A stretch of DNA of 64,000 nt from Octopus sinensis (Eukaryota): contig NC_043022.1 of NCBI RefSeq assembly GCF_006345805.1, positions 16,926,001 to 16,990,000 on the forward strand, given 5' to 3'. The translations under genes and the position numbers were made by a program. The notes below the pieces were generated by a model that did no database searches, was not told the DNA's origin, and saw nothing but the letters and a program-made list of their open reading frames with translations. Of the stretch, positions 25,019 through 39,008 are shown in pieces. Position 1 is the first letter of the stretch. Every line of letters begins with the position of its first letter.

Positions 25019-26046
25019 CAGAAGATGTTGGAGGTTTGTAACAAAAGCTCCAGAGAGTTGCTGTCTTCTGAAAGTGGCAGCTAATTGTGTTATTGTAGTA
25101 ATCTAGCAGTGTGCACTTTACTAAACAGAAACCAGAAGTGTCAGGAGGGTATAATAAGGATTGATGAAAGAGAAAGGTCAAGTGTGTGGGTGGGTTCACT
25201 GGATTAACCCTTAATGACAGAGGTGTGAAGAGGTAACCATATGAACCAAGAGAGAAGTTTCTATACAACCTGAAATAACAGCCGAATCCACCTCAATTCA
25301 CTCAATAAAAAATTAAACAATGCCTTCCCTAATGGGTGGACATGGTTGGAATGCCATTAATGATAGATCTACTCGATCAGGATTCAGCTGGAGCTTAACA
25401 ACAAGTGTGACTCGGTCATTATTGTATAGACCAGGTCCAGAGGAAATTCAAACCAGAGTCAACAAAACCCTCACTCATTATATAGTGCTCCCACTGCAGT
25501 CAGAAAACTACACATACATGACCAAAGGAACTTTAGTTGCAGCCAGGTGTACTGAGCCAATAAGAAAACTGCATACGTGTAGTTCAGGTGATAATATTTT
25601 GTATCATCATCATCATCAATTTAGCATCCACTGTTCCATGCTTGCATGGGTCAGACAGAATCTGTTTCAGATTTTTCACTGCTGGATGCCCTTCCTGCCA
25701 CCAACCCTCATCTGTCTCCAAGCAACTTAATATTTCCCCACAGCTGGATCTGTTCTTCGTGGAAGACTGAAAACAAACAACACTGCTTGTATGACAATGA
25801 TACTCGTTTACAATCATTGTGTGATGTCAAGACAAGAGCACACACACACACACACATACAGCAGGCTTCTTTCAGTTTCCATCTGGCAAATCCACTCACA
25901 AGGCTTTGGTTGGCCTGGCGCTACAGTAGAAGACATTTGTTGAAGGCACCATGCAGTGCGACTGAACCTGAGATCACCAAGTTGAGAAGCAAACTACTTA
26001 ATCACACATGCATTTGTATGCATGTGTGTGTGTGTGTGTGTGTATG

Positions 26047-26077
<31 letters not shown>

Positions 26078-26234
26078 GGTTGCTAAGAATGAAATGTTTG
26101 ATTTCAAATTAAGTTTATTTTATTTTTGGACATTTAATACTTAACGACCCCTTATACGTGTGTGTGTGTATATGAGTTTGGGGGGATAAATTTTGATGCA
26201 CAAGTCTCCATACTGTGTGTGTGCATATATAGCA

Positions 26235-26266
<32 letters not shown>

Positions 26267-26327
26267 AATATATACATGCATACACACATATTTATCTAGG
26301 TACAGATAGACGATACAAAGGCAAAAA

Positions 26328-26490
26328 GGAGAAACAACAATTAAAAGGACAAGGAAAAAAAAGACAGGTCATTCGTGGCCTTCTTTGAACTGCCACCCGA
26401 AATGGTAAGGACATCTGGTAATTTGACTGAAGAAAGAAGGCCATGAACCACCCGTCCTTTTTTCCATGTCCTTCTAATTGCTGTTTCTCC
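26328..26490. repeat. Inverted repeat, ~59-bp arms
   Basis: GGAGAAACAACAATTAAAAGGACAAGG..GGCCTTCTTT vs AAAGAAGGCC..TCCTTCTAATTGCTGTTTCTCC. Confidence 0.85.
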
Positions 26491-26875
26491 TGTCCAACGT
26501 TTTATTGTCCTCTATTGCGTTTTTGATCCATTTTTTATATTTATATATACATACAGCAGCGTACGTACACACTTGTGCTCACCTTATAGTAAGTGCGTAG
26601 ATATATATCTATATATATATCCACAGTCAGTTTCTGCCCCATAAATCCCATCTCATCATCTTTCAGCAAAGATTTATTTGGTGAAAGCAACAACGACAAC
26701 AGCAACAAGATGATGAAGTGAGACACGGAGTTTCTGTTTACACCACTGGCGTTGCTAGGCAACACTGATTACTTTGGTGCAGAACGATAAAATTAAATAC
26801 GACTCCATGCAAACGATGTAACGCATTATATACACTAACATCTACATACATGGTATTCATATATATATATATATA

Positions 26876-27287
26876 GGTGCAGGTGTGGGTGTATAGTAAC
26901 AAGCTTGCTTCCCAACCACATGGTTCCAGGTTCAGTCCCACTACGTGGTACCTTGGGCAAGTGTCTCCTACTATAGCCTCAGGCTGACCAAAGCCTTTTG
27001 GAGTGGATTTGGTAGATGGAAACTGAATGAAGCCTGTCATGTGTGCATGCGTGTGTGTGTGTATGTGCATGCATGCACACGTGTGTGTGTCTTTGCGTCT
27101 GTGTCTGTCTTCCACCACTGCTTGACAACTGATGTTGGTGTGTTTAGACCCCAGCAGAATATGTAACAGAATTAACAAAAAAACAAGAAATAAGTACTAT
27201 AGTCAATTCGGTTGATTAAAACAGCTTGTTCAAGGCAGTGCCCCAGCATGGCCGCAGTCCAATGACTGAAACAAGTAAAACATAAAA
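26876..27287 (+). mobile_element. SINE family A copy, followed by a further 5' half at ~27340-27483
   Basis: Matches the family A modules. Confidence 0.8.
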
Positions 27288-27485
27288 CACACACATATAT
27301 ATATACATACACATATATGTACACATATATATTATATATACAAACATTGAAGCATGGCTTCCCAAACAGATGGTTCCAGGTTCCGTCCCACTGCATGGCA
27401 CCTTGGGCAAGTGTCTTCTACTATAATCTCAGGCCAACAAAAGCCTTGTAAGTAGGTTTAGTAGATGGAAACTGAAAGAAGCCTG

Positions 27486-27547
<62 letters not shown>

Positions 27548-27549
<2 letters not shown>

Positions 27550-27853
27550 TGTGATCACATGACCAACCAGGCTATCAGATGTTGCTACACATCGCTGGTC
27601 ACAATGCACTTCACATTGTTTTAGCCTTCAAATGACGCCACCCCATTGGCTAAGCGAGCAGGCCAACAGAAGAAAGAGTGAGAGAAAGTTGCGGCAAAAG
27701 GTTTCAGCAAGGATCGCCACCACCCCCTGCCAGAGCCTCATGGAGCTTTAGGTGTTTTCGCTCAATTAACACTCAAGACGCCTGGTCTGGGAATTGAAAC
27801 TGTGATCCTACGACCGCAAGTACGCTGCCCTAACCACTGGGCCATTGCACCTC
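27548..27853 (-). mobile_element. SINE with family B head and a different 3' tail
   Basis: Head nearly identical to 21624-21800. Tail GCCTGCTCGCTTAGCC..ATGTGATCACATGA also occurs at 56941-57050. Confidence 0.8.
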
Positions 27854-27921
27854 CATATATATATATGTATATATATATGTATATATATGTATATATATAT
27901 GTGTATGTATATATATATATA

Positions 27922-28008
<87 letters not shown>

Positions 28009-29269
28009 TATATATATATACATACATACATATCTATGTGTATCTTTGTATCTGTGTTTGACCTCAAACACCATCTGACAACCAGTGTTGGTGTGTTTAC
28101 ATCCTTGTAACTTACCAGTTCAACAAAAGAGACCGATAGAATAAGTATCAGGCTTTAAAAAAAATGTAAGTCCTGGGGTCAATTCATTCAACAAAAAATT
28201 CTTCAAGGTGGTGGCCCAGCATGGCCACAATCAAATGACTGAAACAAGTAAACAGTAAAAAATCCATATACATTTAGACATAGATGTGGTTGTGTGGTAA
28301 AAAGCTTGCTTCCCAAACAGATGGTTCCAGGTTCAATCTCACTGTGTGACACCTTCAGCAACTGCCTTCTGCTACTACCTTAGACCAACCAAAGCCTTGT
28401 GAGTGGATCCAGTAGATGGAAACTGAAAGAAGTCTGTGGCTTAATGGTTAGGGTGGTGGACTCCTGATCGTACGATCAAGGTTTCAATTCCTAGACTGGG
28501 TGATGTGTTCCTGAGCAAAACACTTCATTTCACATTGCTCCAGTCCACTTTGCTGGCAAAAATGAGGAATCTTGCAACAGACAGGTGTCCTGTCCAGGTG
28601 GGGAATATAAAACACCACAGAAATAATAGAATCCCTAACGAAATAAAATGCTTTGCTCAAAAACACAATGCATTGCCCGGTTCAGGAATCGAAACTAGAA
28701 TCTTATGAGCAGGATTCCAACATCCTAACCACTAAGCCATGTGCCTCTATGTCTGAGTGAGAAACCTTGTATGTATGTATGTATGTATGTGTGTGTGTAT
28801 ATATATGTATATATATTAATAAATAAAATAAAACATATGCATATATACAAACATATATGTACGTACCTACCTCTACGTGTACATATACACGCATATATGA
28901 GTACAGGACACCAAAAGGACGTCGAACACAATGAGAAACGAAAACATAGACACAAACCAAAGGAACTGGACATTTTTTTAAACAAAAAAATAGAGTACAG
29001 GACAATTAACACAAAGAATATATATACTAGTATTATATCCCGATTTCATTCGGGTCTACTGGGGTCACATTTTAAAGATAAGGAATTTTGCCCTAGAGAC
29101 CAGGCCTTTCAACTGAGCAAACTCAAAGTTGCCATGCAAACTCCCCATCACTTTTAACAGAGGTGTGCATATTTTCAGGACAATCCGACCACATTTACTA
29201 ACACTTTCGCCTGCACAATTGCTTCTGAGACAACATCCATCCTTTTCACAAATATTTAGTAGATATATA

Positions 29270-30050
29270 TTATTATTATAATTATTATTATTATTATTAT
29301 TATTATCCTACATTATATCGGCACAGCTCAGTGTGACCCCAAAACACTGCTATTGCTAGTTGGCCTCATCAGATGGCAACCAGCATAATAGAACGGCAGC
29401 TTTTATATGCATATTCCAAATGTTTCCCATAAACAAACTTAAAGGCTGTATCATGGCCATCCACTTATGTCCAAGGAAAACCATTACTGACCTTTAGGAA
29501 CATCGTGTGCTTAAGACTACCTCATACTTTAAACTTGCGGCTCCGTTGGTGACTAACGAGCCCTGCTCTTGACAAACGAACACGACTGCAAGCATTGCAG
29601 ACCAAGCTTTCCCCATTCATTACTCTCGCAGTGCATCTTCAAGCAGCACACTTAAACTCTTCATGCAGAATAGAAGCTCTTTCAAAGCCGTCCCCCCCAA
29701 CACCCCACCCCCACTCAATCTGCTTCCTCCGTCTGTACCAATGACAAGCCTTGCTCTCCCGGTCGGTCTCCTGCATATTACATGCCTTTAATGAGGACTT
29801 GACACAGTACCTTAAATTGCAGCCTTGGTTTCTGCCAGGGTTGTTTTCCACTAACAAGTTCCCCATACAGCATCTGTTTAGGGATCCTGCTGCCCTTCAT
29901 TCGAATAAGGTGTCCCGCCCAACGTAATTGGTGTTCATGCACCATCACCTCAATACTCGGGATATCAGCTTTCCTCAGCACCTGTGTATCTGGAGTGTTT
30001 AAGAATGTGTCTAAGACGTCTCTGATGGAAGTGTTCAAGGCCCTTTACAT
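29270..30050 (-). mobile_element. 5'-truncated RTE-clade LINE, 3' end
   Basis: EHFHQRRLRHIL..DTQVLRKADIPSIE..QLRWAGHLIRM..RIPKQMLYGEL and C-terminal CNACSRVRLSRAGLVSHQRS are typical RTE ORF ends. (TAA)n tail. Confidence 0.88.
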
Positions 30051-31196
30051 GACATTTGTAAAGGGTCCGTGTCTCACATGAGTAAAGGAGCAATGTCAGT
30101 ACACAGCAATTTTTGTTTGCCTTGTGATGCCACGTTGGGACCAGACACGAGACACAAGAGGGCGGAAGGAATCAGTTGCTCCCTGCAGCCTGAAAGACAT
30201 TTCATCATTCAGGGAGCAAGAATGGCTGAGTGTGCTACCCAGGTAGACAAACTTGTCAACCACTTTCAGTACTGTGATCCCCTCTGGGCATCAAGTGAAT
30301 GCTTGTGATGTAAAGTCTGTAATACTCACAATCCTCCAGAAGCATGTGACCATTGCTATTCGGTTCCAAGTATAAAAAAGTGGAAGTCAAAATCATGATG
30401 ATGATGATGATGTATGAGTTTCTTTTCTTCCTTTTTTTCCTTTTTTTAAGTGTAGGAAAACCCTCCTTGAGATTTCACTCCACTCAAGTGCTGATACTCC
30501 TAGAAATCTCTTGGATACTCAAGTGCTGGTACTCCCACTCCAATGGGCTTTTGTAACCTAAATTGAAATTATCAAAATAAACAAGGAAATAATTGGTAAC
30601 AGCGAAGACATTAGAAGAACGAATGAAATATTCAGTAAAACAATGGTTTTGGCAGTTGTTTAGAGAGAGTTCTGACCAAACAGGGCTGTGATTGAAGGCA
30701 ATCCAGCTGTGACCATCATGTCTTTTTATAGGTCCTCCTCCTGACACTCTGTTGATTATGACACGGAGTGTGTTCCAGTTGATTCAATCAACAGAACAGC
30801 CTGCTCATGAAATTAATGCACAAGTGGCTGAGTACTCCACAGGCATGTGTTCCCTTAATGTAGTTCTCAAGGACATTCAGTGTGACTCACAAAATATGTC
30901 AAGGCTGGCCCTTGGAATTAAGGGTACAATTCATATTTACTAGATGAATGGACTGAAGTAATATGAAATAAAGTGTTCTGATCAAGGATACAATATGCTG
31001 CTGAGAATTGAACTCATGACCCTGCAATCATGCGCTGAATACCCTAACCACTAAGCCATGGCCTCTTTGCACAAGGGATGAAAGAATACATTAGCCAAGA
31101 CACTAGGGACCTACTTTCAGGGATGTTTGGCTGCTATTTTTGTGAGATCCTGGCAACCACATTTTTTACTTTTCTATGTCGCTGGTAATATACATA

Positions 31197-31358
31197 GGCG
31201 CAGGAGTGGCTGTGTGGTAAGTAGCTTGCTTACCAACCACATAGTTCCGGGTTCAGTCCCACTGCGTGGCATCTTGGGCAAGTGTCTTCTACTATAGCCC
31301 CGGGCCGACCAATGCCTTGTGAGTGGATTTGGTAGACAGAAACTGAAAGAAGCCTGTC

Positions 31359-31432
<74 letters not shown>

Positions 31433-31647
31433 ATATGTTTGTGTGTCTGTGTTTGTTCCCCCACCATCGCTTGACAACCGATGCTGGTGTGTTTACGTCC
31501 CCATCACTTAGCGGTTCAGCAAAAGAGACCGATAGAATAAGTACTGGGCTTAGAAAGAATAAGTCCCGGGGTCGATTTGCTCGACTAAAGGTGGTGCTCC
31601 AGCATGGCCGCAGTCAAATGACTGAAACAAGTAAAAGAGTAAAAGAG
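31197..31647 (+). mobile_element. SINE family A, full-length reference copy (Octopus tRNA-derived OR-type SINE; family name from memory)
   Basis: A-box-like TGGCTGTGTGG, B-box-like GGTTCAGTCCC, core GGCATCTTGGGCAAGTG, central (AT)n, tail (GTAAAAGA)n. Confidence 0.9.
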
Positions 31648-31678
31648 TATATATTTATAGCAAACACGGATTTACACT

Positions 31679-31711
<33 letters not shown>

Positions 31712-31863
31712 CAATACTTTTTCATTCATGAAATGTTGTACCATTGTGTGTGTTTGGGTGTCTTGAAGGTATGTACATGTCTTGCATGTGTGTGTTCCTG
31801 GCATGCATATTAACTGTATGAGTGTAGGTGTTGTATGTATGTATATGTGTGTGTGTGTGTGTG

Positions 31864-31910
<47 letters not shown>

Positions 31911-33929
31911 GCGTGTGTGTGTGTGTGTAGCTGTTTTCTATTTCTTTCTGCTACAAAAAGATGAACAGTTTTGAAAACTCCTCAAAAAGCAACTCATTCT
32001 GCAGGAATTGTTCAAAGAATGAAAACTGGTTGGAACAGGAGACATAATATTTTGGTCCAAAAGTGCTTGAGAAGAACACCCATCAAGCCAAGCAGAATTG
32101 CAGTTGTGACAGATACCTGTGGCACATTAAAACACCCTGGTGTCACACAAATGGCACCCATGCCACTGGCATGTAAAAGTACTCTGGTGTCATGCAAATG
32201 GCACCTGTGCCAGTGGAACATAAAAGCACCTATTACATTCTCAGAGTGGTTGGCATTAGGAACGGCATCTAGCCATAGGAAACTATGCCAAATCAGACTG
32301 GAGTCTAGTGCAGCCTTCCAGCATGCCAGCCCAGTCAAACCGTCCAACCCATGCCAGCATGGACAACGGATGATAAATAATGATGATGACGATATTTGTT
32401 TTGTTATCTCATATATTTATTTCTTTACTACCCACAAGGGGCTAAACACAGAGGGGACAAACAAGGACAGACAAAGGGATTAAGTCAATTACAGCGACCC
32501 CGAGAGGATGAAAAGCAAGATTGACTTCGGCAGAGTTTGAACTCAGAACGTAAAGACAGACGAACTACCGCTATGCATTTAGCCAAGCGTGCTTGGGCCT
32601 GTGCCAGCTCACCACTCTTTTGTTATTTCAAATATTTCAAACAAACCAATTGTTTCAACTAAGAACTGCTTTTCCACTTTTATTTTTCTTCATAAAACTT
32701 GTATAAAAAACATTTCAAGCCTTTTTCTAATGATGTCTATCTTTTTATCTTTTACTTGTTCCAGTCATTACAATGTGGCCATGCTGGGGCACTGCCTTGA
32801 AGAATTTTTAGTCAAATGAAGTGACTCCTGTACTTCTTATTTTGAATCCTGGGACTTATTCTAGTGGTCTCTTTTGCCAAACCGATCAATTAGAGGGATG
32901 TAAACGAACCAACACTGGTTGGCAAGTGGTGGTGGGGACAGACATATATATATATATATATATATGATGGCCTTTCAATTTCCATCTACCAAATCCACTG
33001 ACGAGACTGATCAACCAAAGAGCATAGTGGAAGACACTTGCCTAAGAGTGGGACTGAACCCAGAACCATGTGATTGGGAGCAAACTTCTCAAACACAGTC
33101 TCACCTGCCTCTGTGGTATCTGTTTGTGTGTGTGTCTCGGTCACATCTTCCAGCAACGAGTGCTCAGGTGTTCACTCAAGTGAGCAATGAAGCTCAGTTG
33201 AATTGGTAAGTGGCTGAGTACACCACAGACACAAGTACACTTGACATAATTCTCAAAATGACTCAGTGGAACTCTCTGAGGCAAGACTGGACCTTTGTGA
33301 ATTACAGGTACAATCCACCAACAGGTTTCCATCAACCCAAATTCACTCACAAGTTAAGGTCGGGTGGGGGTCGATAAAATGACAATCAAATATTTATATA
33401 CATATAACAGACTTTCTCTTCCTGTCTGAACCAAATATAGATGCCTTCTTTTGCTTTTTTGTTCATCTAAAAGCAGTGAGGAAACAACTTGAAGGAAGGA
33501 AAAAAATGACAGTGAAAGGGAGATAAATAATGACAAACCATATATTTGAGAAGGGAGACAACTTTAGCCTCCCTTAAGCCTGCAATTTCGCTGAGAGAAT
33601 TTTTAATTATGAGACCATCGTGGTGGTGGTGGGTCTCCGTCGTTCAACGATGAGGATTCAATTGTTCGATCAACTACATTCTTGAAAGAACGTGTCAATC
33701 GCTGCGTATTTATTCCACACACACACACATACCATTGTGATTGTCAGGTAAAAATCAGCGTGACACAGTCAAGCAGAATCCACTTGATGAGTTTCTATAA
33801 TTTCCCTCTGCAAAATTTCACTGAGAAGCCAGGCAGTGGGGTCGAACCGAAAGAGCAGTCGGAAAAGGAACTCCTTCACCACTGGACCAGCCTGCGCCTT
33901 CAAATGAGACGACAATTTCAAATGTTGGC

Positions 33930-34144
33930 ACAAGGCCAGCAATTTCGGGGGTGGGGGTGGATGGGGTTAAGTCGATTACATCGATCCCTAGTGTTTAACT
34001 GGTACTTATATCATCGAACCCGAAAGAACGAAGACCAGTATCAACCTCAATGGAATTTGAACTCGGAACGTAAGTAACCGGAAGAAATGCCGCTAAGCAT
34101 GTATTTCCGGTGCAGTCAGCAAAGTCAGCCGGTTCGTCAGCCTT
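33930..34144 (-). mobile_element. SINE family D copy
   Basis: Reverse complement of the 36906-37078 type. Confidence 0.7.
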
Positions 34145-36047
34145 TTGTATAGGAAACAATAAGGCATTGTGGAGAGGGAGTTATGTAGACACATGTGATA
34201 CTCGAGATCAGAATTGGTGCGGAAGTCAATCATTCCAAAAGTCAAAACGACTTTAGCCATTATGTCCTACTTATTTTAAAAACAATAAAATGTTTCTAGG
34301 ACGGGTTTGGCTGCTATTTCGAGCGGTCGTACCGTGTCCCGTGTCGATAAAAATTCAGTTTAATATAATTTGAAAGCAATGTTGTTGCTTAATCTTAGAT
34401 CAAAGCGAGACTCGGCTCAGGGATTGAACTAAGGACCATGGGATCGCCAGCCCAGCACCCTAGCGACCAGGCCACGCGCCTTCTGTTCCCTTTTAAAGCC
34501 ATAAAACTATTCGCTGGAATCCTAATCCTGGCCGAAAGTCTGCAAGAAAACTGCAAAAGAGTTCTCAGATCAATCTCTAATTGGCAATGAAGATTTTGGA
34601 ATTAATATGGATATATAAAGTAAATCAAATATATTTTGGAACCGACTGCAATCTTTTTAAATTCTTTTGTAGTTTCAGTTATTGGGTTGCAGCCATGCTG
34701 GAGCACTACCTTGTACGATAAGTCGAACAAATCGATCCCAGCACTTAATAAGTCTGGTACTTATTGGTTACTTTTGACAAACAGTTCACTGGAACGTAAA
34801 CAAACCAGCACCGATTGTCAAGCGGTGGGGGGTGAAAACACACACACGACGAGCTTCAAGGTGTTGTTCGGTCTGGGACTATGGTGGGTGATCCTTGCGC
34901 AGTGTGCCGTGCGGTTTGATAGAACTCGAAACCATGGGGTCGCGAAGTGAACTTCTTAAGCAGACAGCCATGTCTGTGCTTACACGAGATATTTCCAAGT
35001 CTTTAACAATATTATTCTCACTTCCTGCTGCAGTGACGTCAACGGAAATAATCCTTTACTCACCCCCAAACATAAGCGGGCTTCTTGGGGCCCGTTATAA
35101 ACCTGCCTCCACTCCATCTGATATGTCTTATTGTGTCCTATCATCATCTGTATTATCATCATCATCATCGTTTAACGTCCGTTTTCCGCGCTAGCACGGG
35201 TTGGACGGGAATTATGTTTTTAGAATTTTGAAAAAGGACCCCAATCGCATTTCATGTAAAATCATTCGATTTCATTCTGCTGTCCCTTCTATGTATGTCC
35301 TTATTGATAATAAAAAATTAAGAAACGTTAGCACGACGGGCGAAATGCTTAGCAGTATTTCGTCTGACTTCAAATTCCGCCGAGGTCGATTTTGCCTTTC
35401 ATCTTTTCGGGGTCGATAAATTAAATACCAGTTGCATACTGGGGTCCATCTAATCGACTGCCCCCACCTTCCACAAAAATTCTGTGCCTTGTGCCGAGAG
35501 TAGAAAAAAATATCCACCAGATGTCAAACCTAATTCATTTATTTCCAAACGAGGTATTTCTAAAAGGTTCTGTTAGTTTGGCGATAACCCGAGCTGTATT
35601 TAGGCACCAATTCAAGTTACATTAACAATGGCACTTTTTTAAACACCGAGTGGTTACGAGGGTCAAAAATATTTTCGTTGCTTAGAGACCGTGACCTCTG
35701 TGCCGCATCTCAATTTTGATAATTTTACGAGAATTTTTGCAGATAAAAAATCGCTAAGAAAGCTTATTTTATGGAACTGATTAGGTTTATCGTTGTTTTG
35801 AATCGAGCATACATTGTTTTATCTGGTCCTTCCAGTACACACCGAATGAAACATTTGCCCAAGTTTATCAACGACAACTTTATTCAGATAAGCTGAAGTC
35901 AGCCAACACGTTCCGTTAGAGTTTTATAACCGTTCTCAAAAAGATGTCAGTTTTATTCATATTTAATTATCACCAGAACATTTTAGAGGCACAGGGATGA
36001 AAATACAACTTGAAAAATCTAATGTAAGTCACTATCTATATTGGAAA

Positions 36048-36312
36048 GGTGAGGCTGAGTGGCTTAATGGTTAGGGTATTTGGCTCACGAGCCTAAGATC
36101 GATTCTGGGCGGCCTGTTGTGTCCTTGAACAAGACACTTTATTTCTCGTTGCTCCAGTCTCCCCTCAGCTGGCAAAAATGAGTTGTACCAGTAATTCAAA
36201 GGAGCCAGCCTTGTCAGATTATGTCACACTGAATCTTCGAGATTGCGTGTCTGCGGAGTACTCAGCCACTTACATGTTAATTTCACGAGCAGGCTGTTCC
36301 ATTGACCCGGTG
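36048..36312 (+). mobile_element. CORE-like SINE (family E head) carrying the family B tail
   Basis: GTGTCCTTGAACAAGACACTTTATTTCTCGTTGCTCCAGT resembles the CORE domain. Tail TTAATTTCACGAGCAGGCTGTTCC is shared with 21900-21925. Confidence 0.7.
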
Positions 36313-36905
36313 TCGTTAACTGGTGGAGCACCAGTATAGTATGATGAAAGGACTTGCATAAGGATTTAAGACCCGTTTCGATCTGAAATCCTTTAATTTG
36401 TAGATGGCCCCTAACCCATCATCTTTACTATGTCAGACCCTTGAACACATTGGACTGATTACTCGGTTTCCATGGTTTATAAGTAACCGAGACAACAACA
36501 ATCCCCCTGGATGGGACGCCAGTCCGTCACAGGTTACACACAGTGCACCAGAGCAACGTGAAATGGAATATTTTGCCAATCCGGGAATCGAAACCACAAT
36601 CTTGCAATCATGAGTACAACACCCTAACCACTAAGCCACGCGCCTTCACCAACGTCCTGCCTGTTGAAATATAAGGACCAAACAAGTCACGCGTGAATTT
36701 CTACACGGTCACCCACCCTGATAGAAATCGCAGTCAAAATCACCTCCCAAATTACACGCCACTCTCTTAGAAAAGAACACAGAACAATGTAGTTCTCGGT
36801 TCGCTGAGCATGGGAAACTGACAGAACGGTCACGGCTGGAATGCTTTTCATCAAGACTGCTTGGTCAAGATTGACCAGGGTTAATCGAGGATTAGTAGTA
36901 GTGGT

Positions 36906-37078
36906 AAGGCGACGAGCATGGCAGAAACGTTAGCATGCCGGGTGAAATGCTTAGTGGTATTTCGTCTGCCGTTACATTCTGAGTTCAAATTCCGCCGAGG
37001 TCGACTTTGCCTTTCATCCTTTCGGGGTCGATTAAATAAGTACCAGTTATGCACTGGGGTCGATGTAATCGACTTAAT
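36906..37078 (+). mobile_element. SINE family D, full-length-like
   Basis: AAGGCGACGAGCATGGCAGAAACG..GAGTTCAAATTCC..GCCTTTCATCCTTTCGGGGTCGAT. Related copies at ~24700-24860, 32470-32620, 35325-35470, 48290-48482 and 62630-62740. Confidence 0.85.
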
Positions 37079-38525
37079 ACCTACGTCTGTTTATCTGGTT
37101 TTTCTATCTGCAACATCTGAAAAGCTTATTTATTACTACAATGTTGGGAAGGACGAAATTATTGTTACAATTTCCTTTCATGCAGTGAAAAGGAATATAT
37201 TTAACAAAAGAGAAAAAAATGAAAGCAAAACATCAATGAACCACAAAGTGCTTCAATTGGTCACACACCAGACACAAATTGACACGTTTATTCATGCAAC
37301 CTGTTTCTATTATAAAAGAATTGCGTGTGTGTGTGTAATTAATGGCTTTCACACAGTTTCCACTAGCAAACTCACAATCATAAGGCACGGGGAAACCCAA
37401 TTGCTATTTAAATCTCACACCCAGGAATATATCTTTACAATTTACCTGTGTTAGTCATTGGAATTTTGTCGAAGAAATAAAGAAATATAAAAAGAAATAT
37501 TTTAAAAAGAAAAATCTCTATTTTTCAAACGTTTCAGAGCCCCCCCGCCCCCCCAGAGCATGCTTTTGTAACAACAGTCACAATAAAAATGAATTCTTTT
37601 TTTTTCATTTTTCTTTTTCATTATATTTTTGTATTCCACGCTTCTAATTCAGTTTTAAGAAATTTTCAGTAAAGTTTTTGGGGTAGCACTCGCACGAAAA
37701 AAAAAAAAAACTCGGATTTTTGCATGGAATCAAGTGCCCTGACCTCCTAATATGCTGCAAATCTCTTATTTTGGCTCGGAAAAGGGTGTGGGTGTGGGGG
37801 GAACCCACACACACACACTTTTTTCCGAACCAAAATAAGGGATTTGCAGCATATTATGAGGTCAGGGTACATGATTTAGTGAAAATCGTGTGGGTGTTAC
37901 TCAAAATATTTACCAAATTTTCTCACCTTTCATAATACCTTTCACAAAATCACTTTTTTTAAAATACTTTCATACTTTTACCTGTAAAATCTATTATTTT
38001 TTTCGATACAAAGTTTATTCATTTGTTTTCTTTTTTTTTTTTCAAACACACCCTTCTGTCAAAACCTTTTCCCATACAACATCAGAATTAAAATGAGTGT
38101 GGCTGGGTCATAAAAAGCTTGTTTCCCAACCCCATGGTTCTGGGCTCAATCCCAATACAAGGCACCATGGGCAAGTATCTTCCATATAGCCCTAGGCTGA
38201 TCAGAGCCTTGTAGGTGGGTTAGGTAGACAAAAACTGAAAGAAGTCCATTGTATATATTATGTGCATTCATCATTCAGCATTCGCTTTCTATGCTGGCAT
38301 GGGTTGGACGGTTTGAGAGGAGCTGCCAAGGCTCCTGTTGTCTGTTTTGGCATGGCTTCTACAGCTGGATGCCCTTCCTAATGCCAACCACTGTACAAAG
38401 TGTACTGGGTGCTTTATACATGACACTGGCACCCATCATCCTGCAAGACTAGAAACACTCAGCTGAAGAGGGAACCTATCATTGTATGTGTGTATGTATA
38501 TGTATACATATGTGTAGAGACCTCA

Positions 38526-39008
38526 TTTGGTCCTACCTGAGATTCGAAATCAAATCTAGAAATTCTCCTTAGCCATACAGCATATTGTTCTATCGAGGGG
38601 GAATACAGTTCTATGTGTTTTCCCCTTGACTCTTAACCGTTTCTATGCCATGAAAAGCTGAAACAGATAATGAGTGACCTACATTAATTTAACCAATGTC
38701 AGCATGGTATACCTTTTTTTCCAGCAGGTCAGCCTACTCCCTTGTCGGTCACTTTTCACTAACTGATTTTATCCTGTAAACTGCTAGCATTTATAAGTAT
38801 GCAGATCAGCTAAAAAAAGAGGTATACTGTTCTGACAATGGCTAAATTAATGTAGGTCACTTATTATCTATATCAACTTTTCATGGCATAGAAACGGTTA
38901 AGAGTCATGTGGAAAACATATAGAACTGCATTCCCCCTCGATAGAACAATAGGCCATATGACTAGGGAGAATTTCTAGATTCGATTTCGAATCTCGGGTA
39001 GGACCAAA
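38526..39008. mobile_element. 483-bp fold-back element with ~200-bp inverted arms
   Basis: TTTGGTCCTACCTGAGATTCGAAATC.. vs ..GATTTCGAATCTCGGGTAGGACCAAA. Arms are collinear over about 200 bp. Confidence 0.9.

Noticed and set aside
27762-28078. Overlapping [12 protein letters not shown] ORFs here and throughout the ORF track
   Set aside because: Microsatellite artefacts.
29325-29375. CTGATGAGGCC..GGTC in the RTE 3' UTR as a hammerhead
   Set aside because: The required GAAA after stem II is absent.
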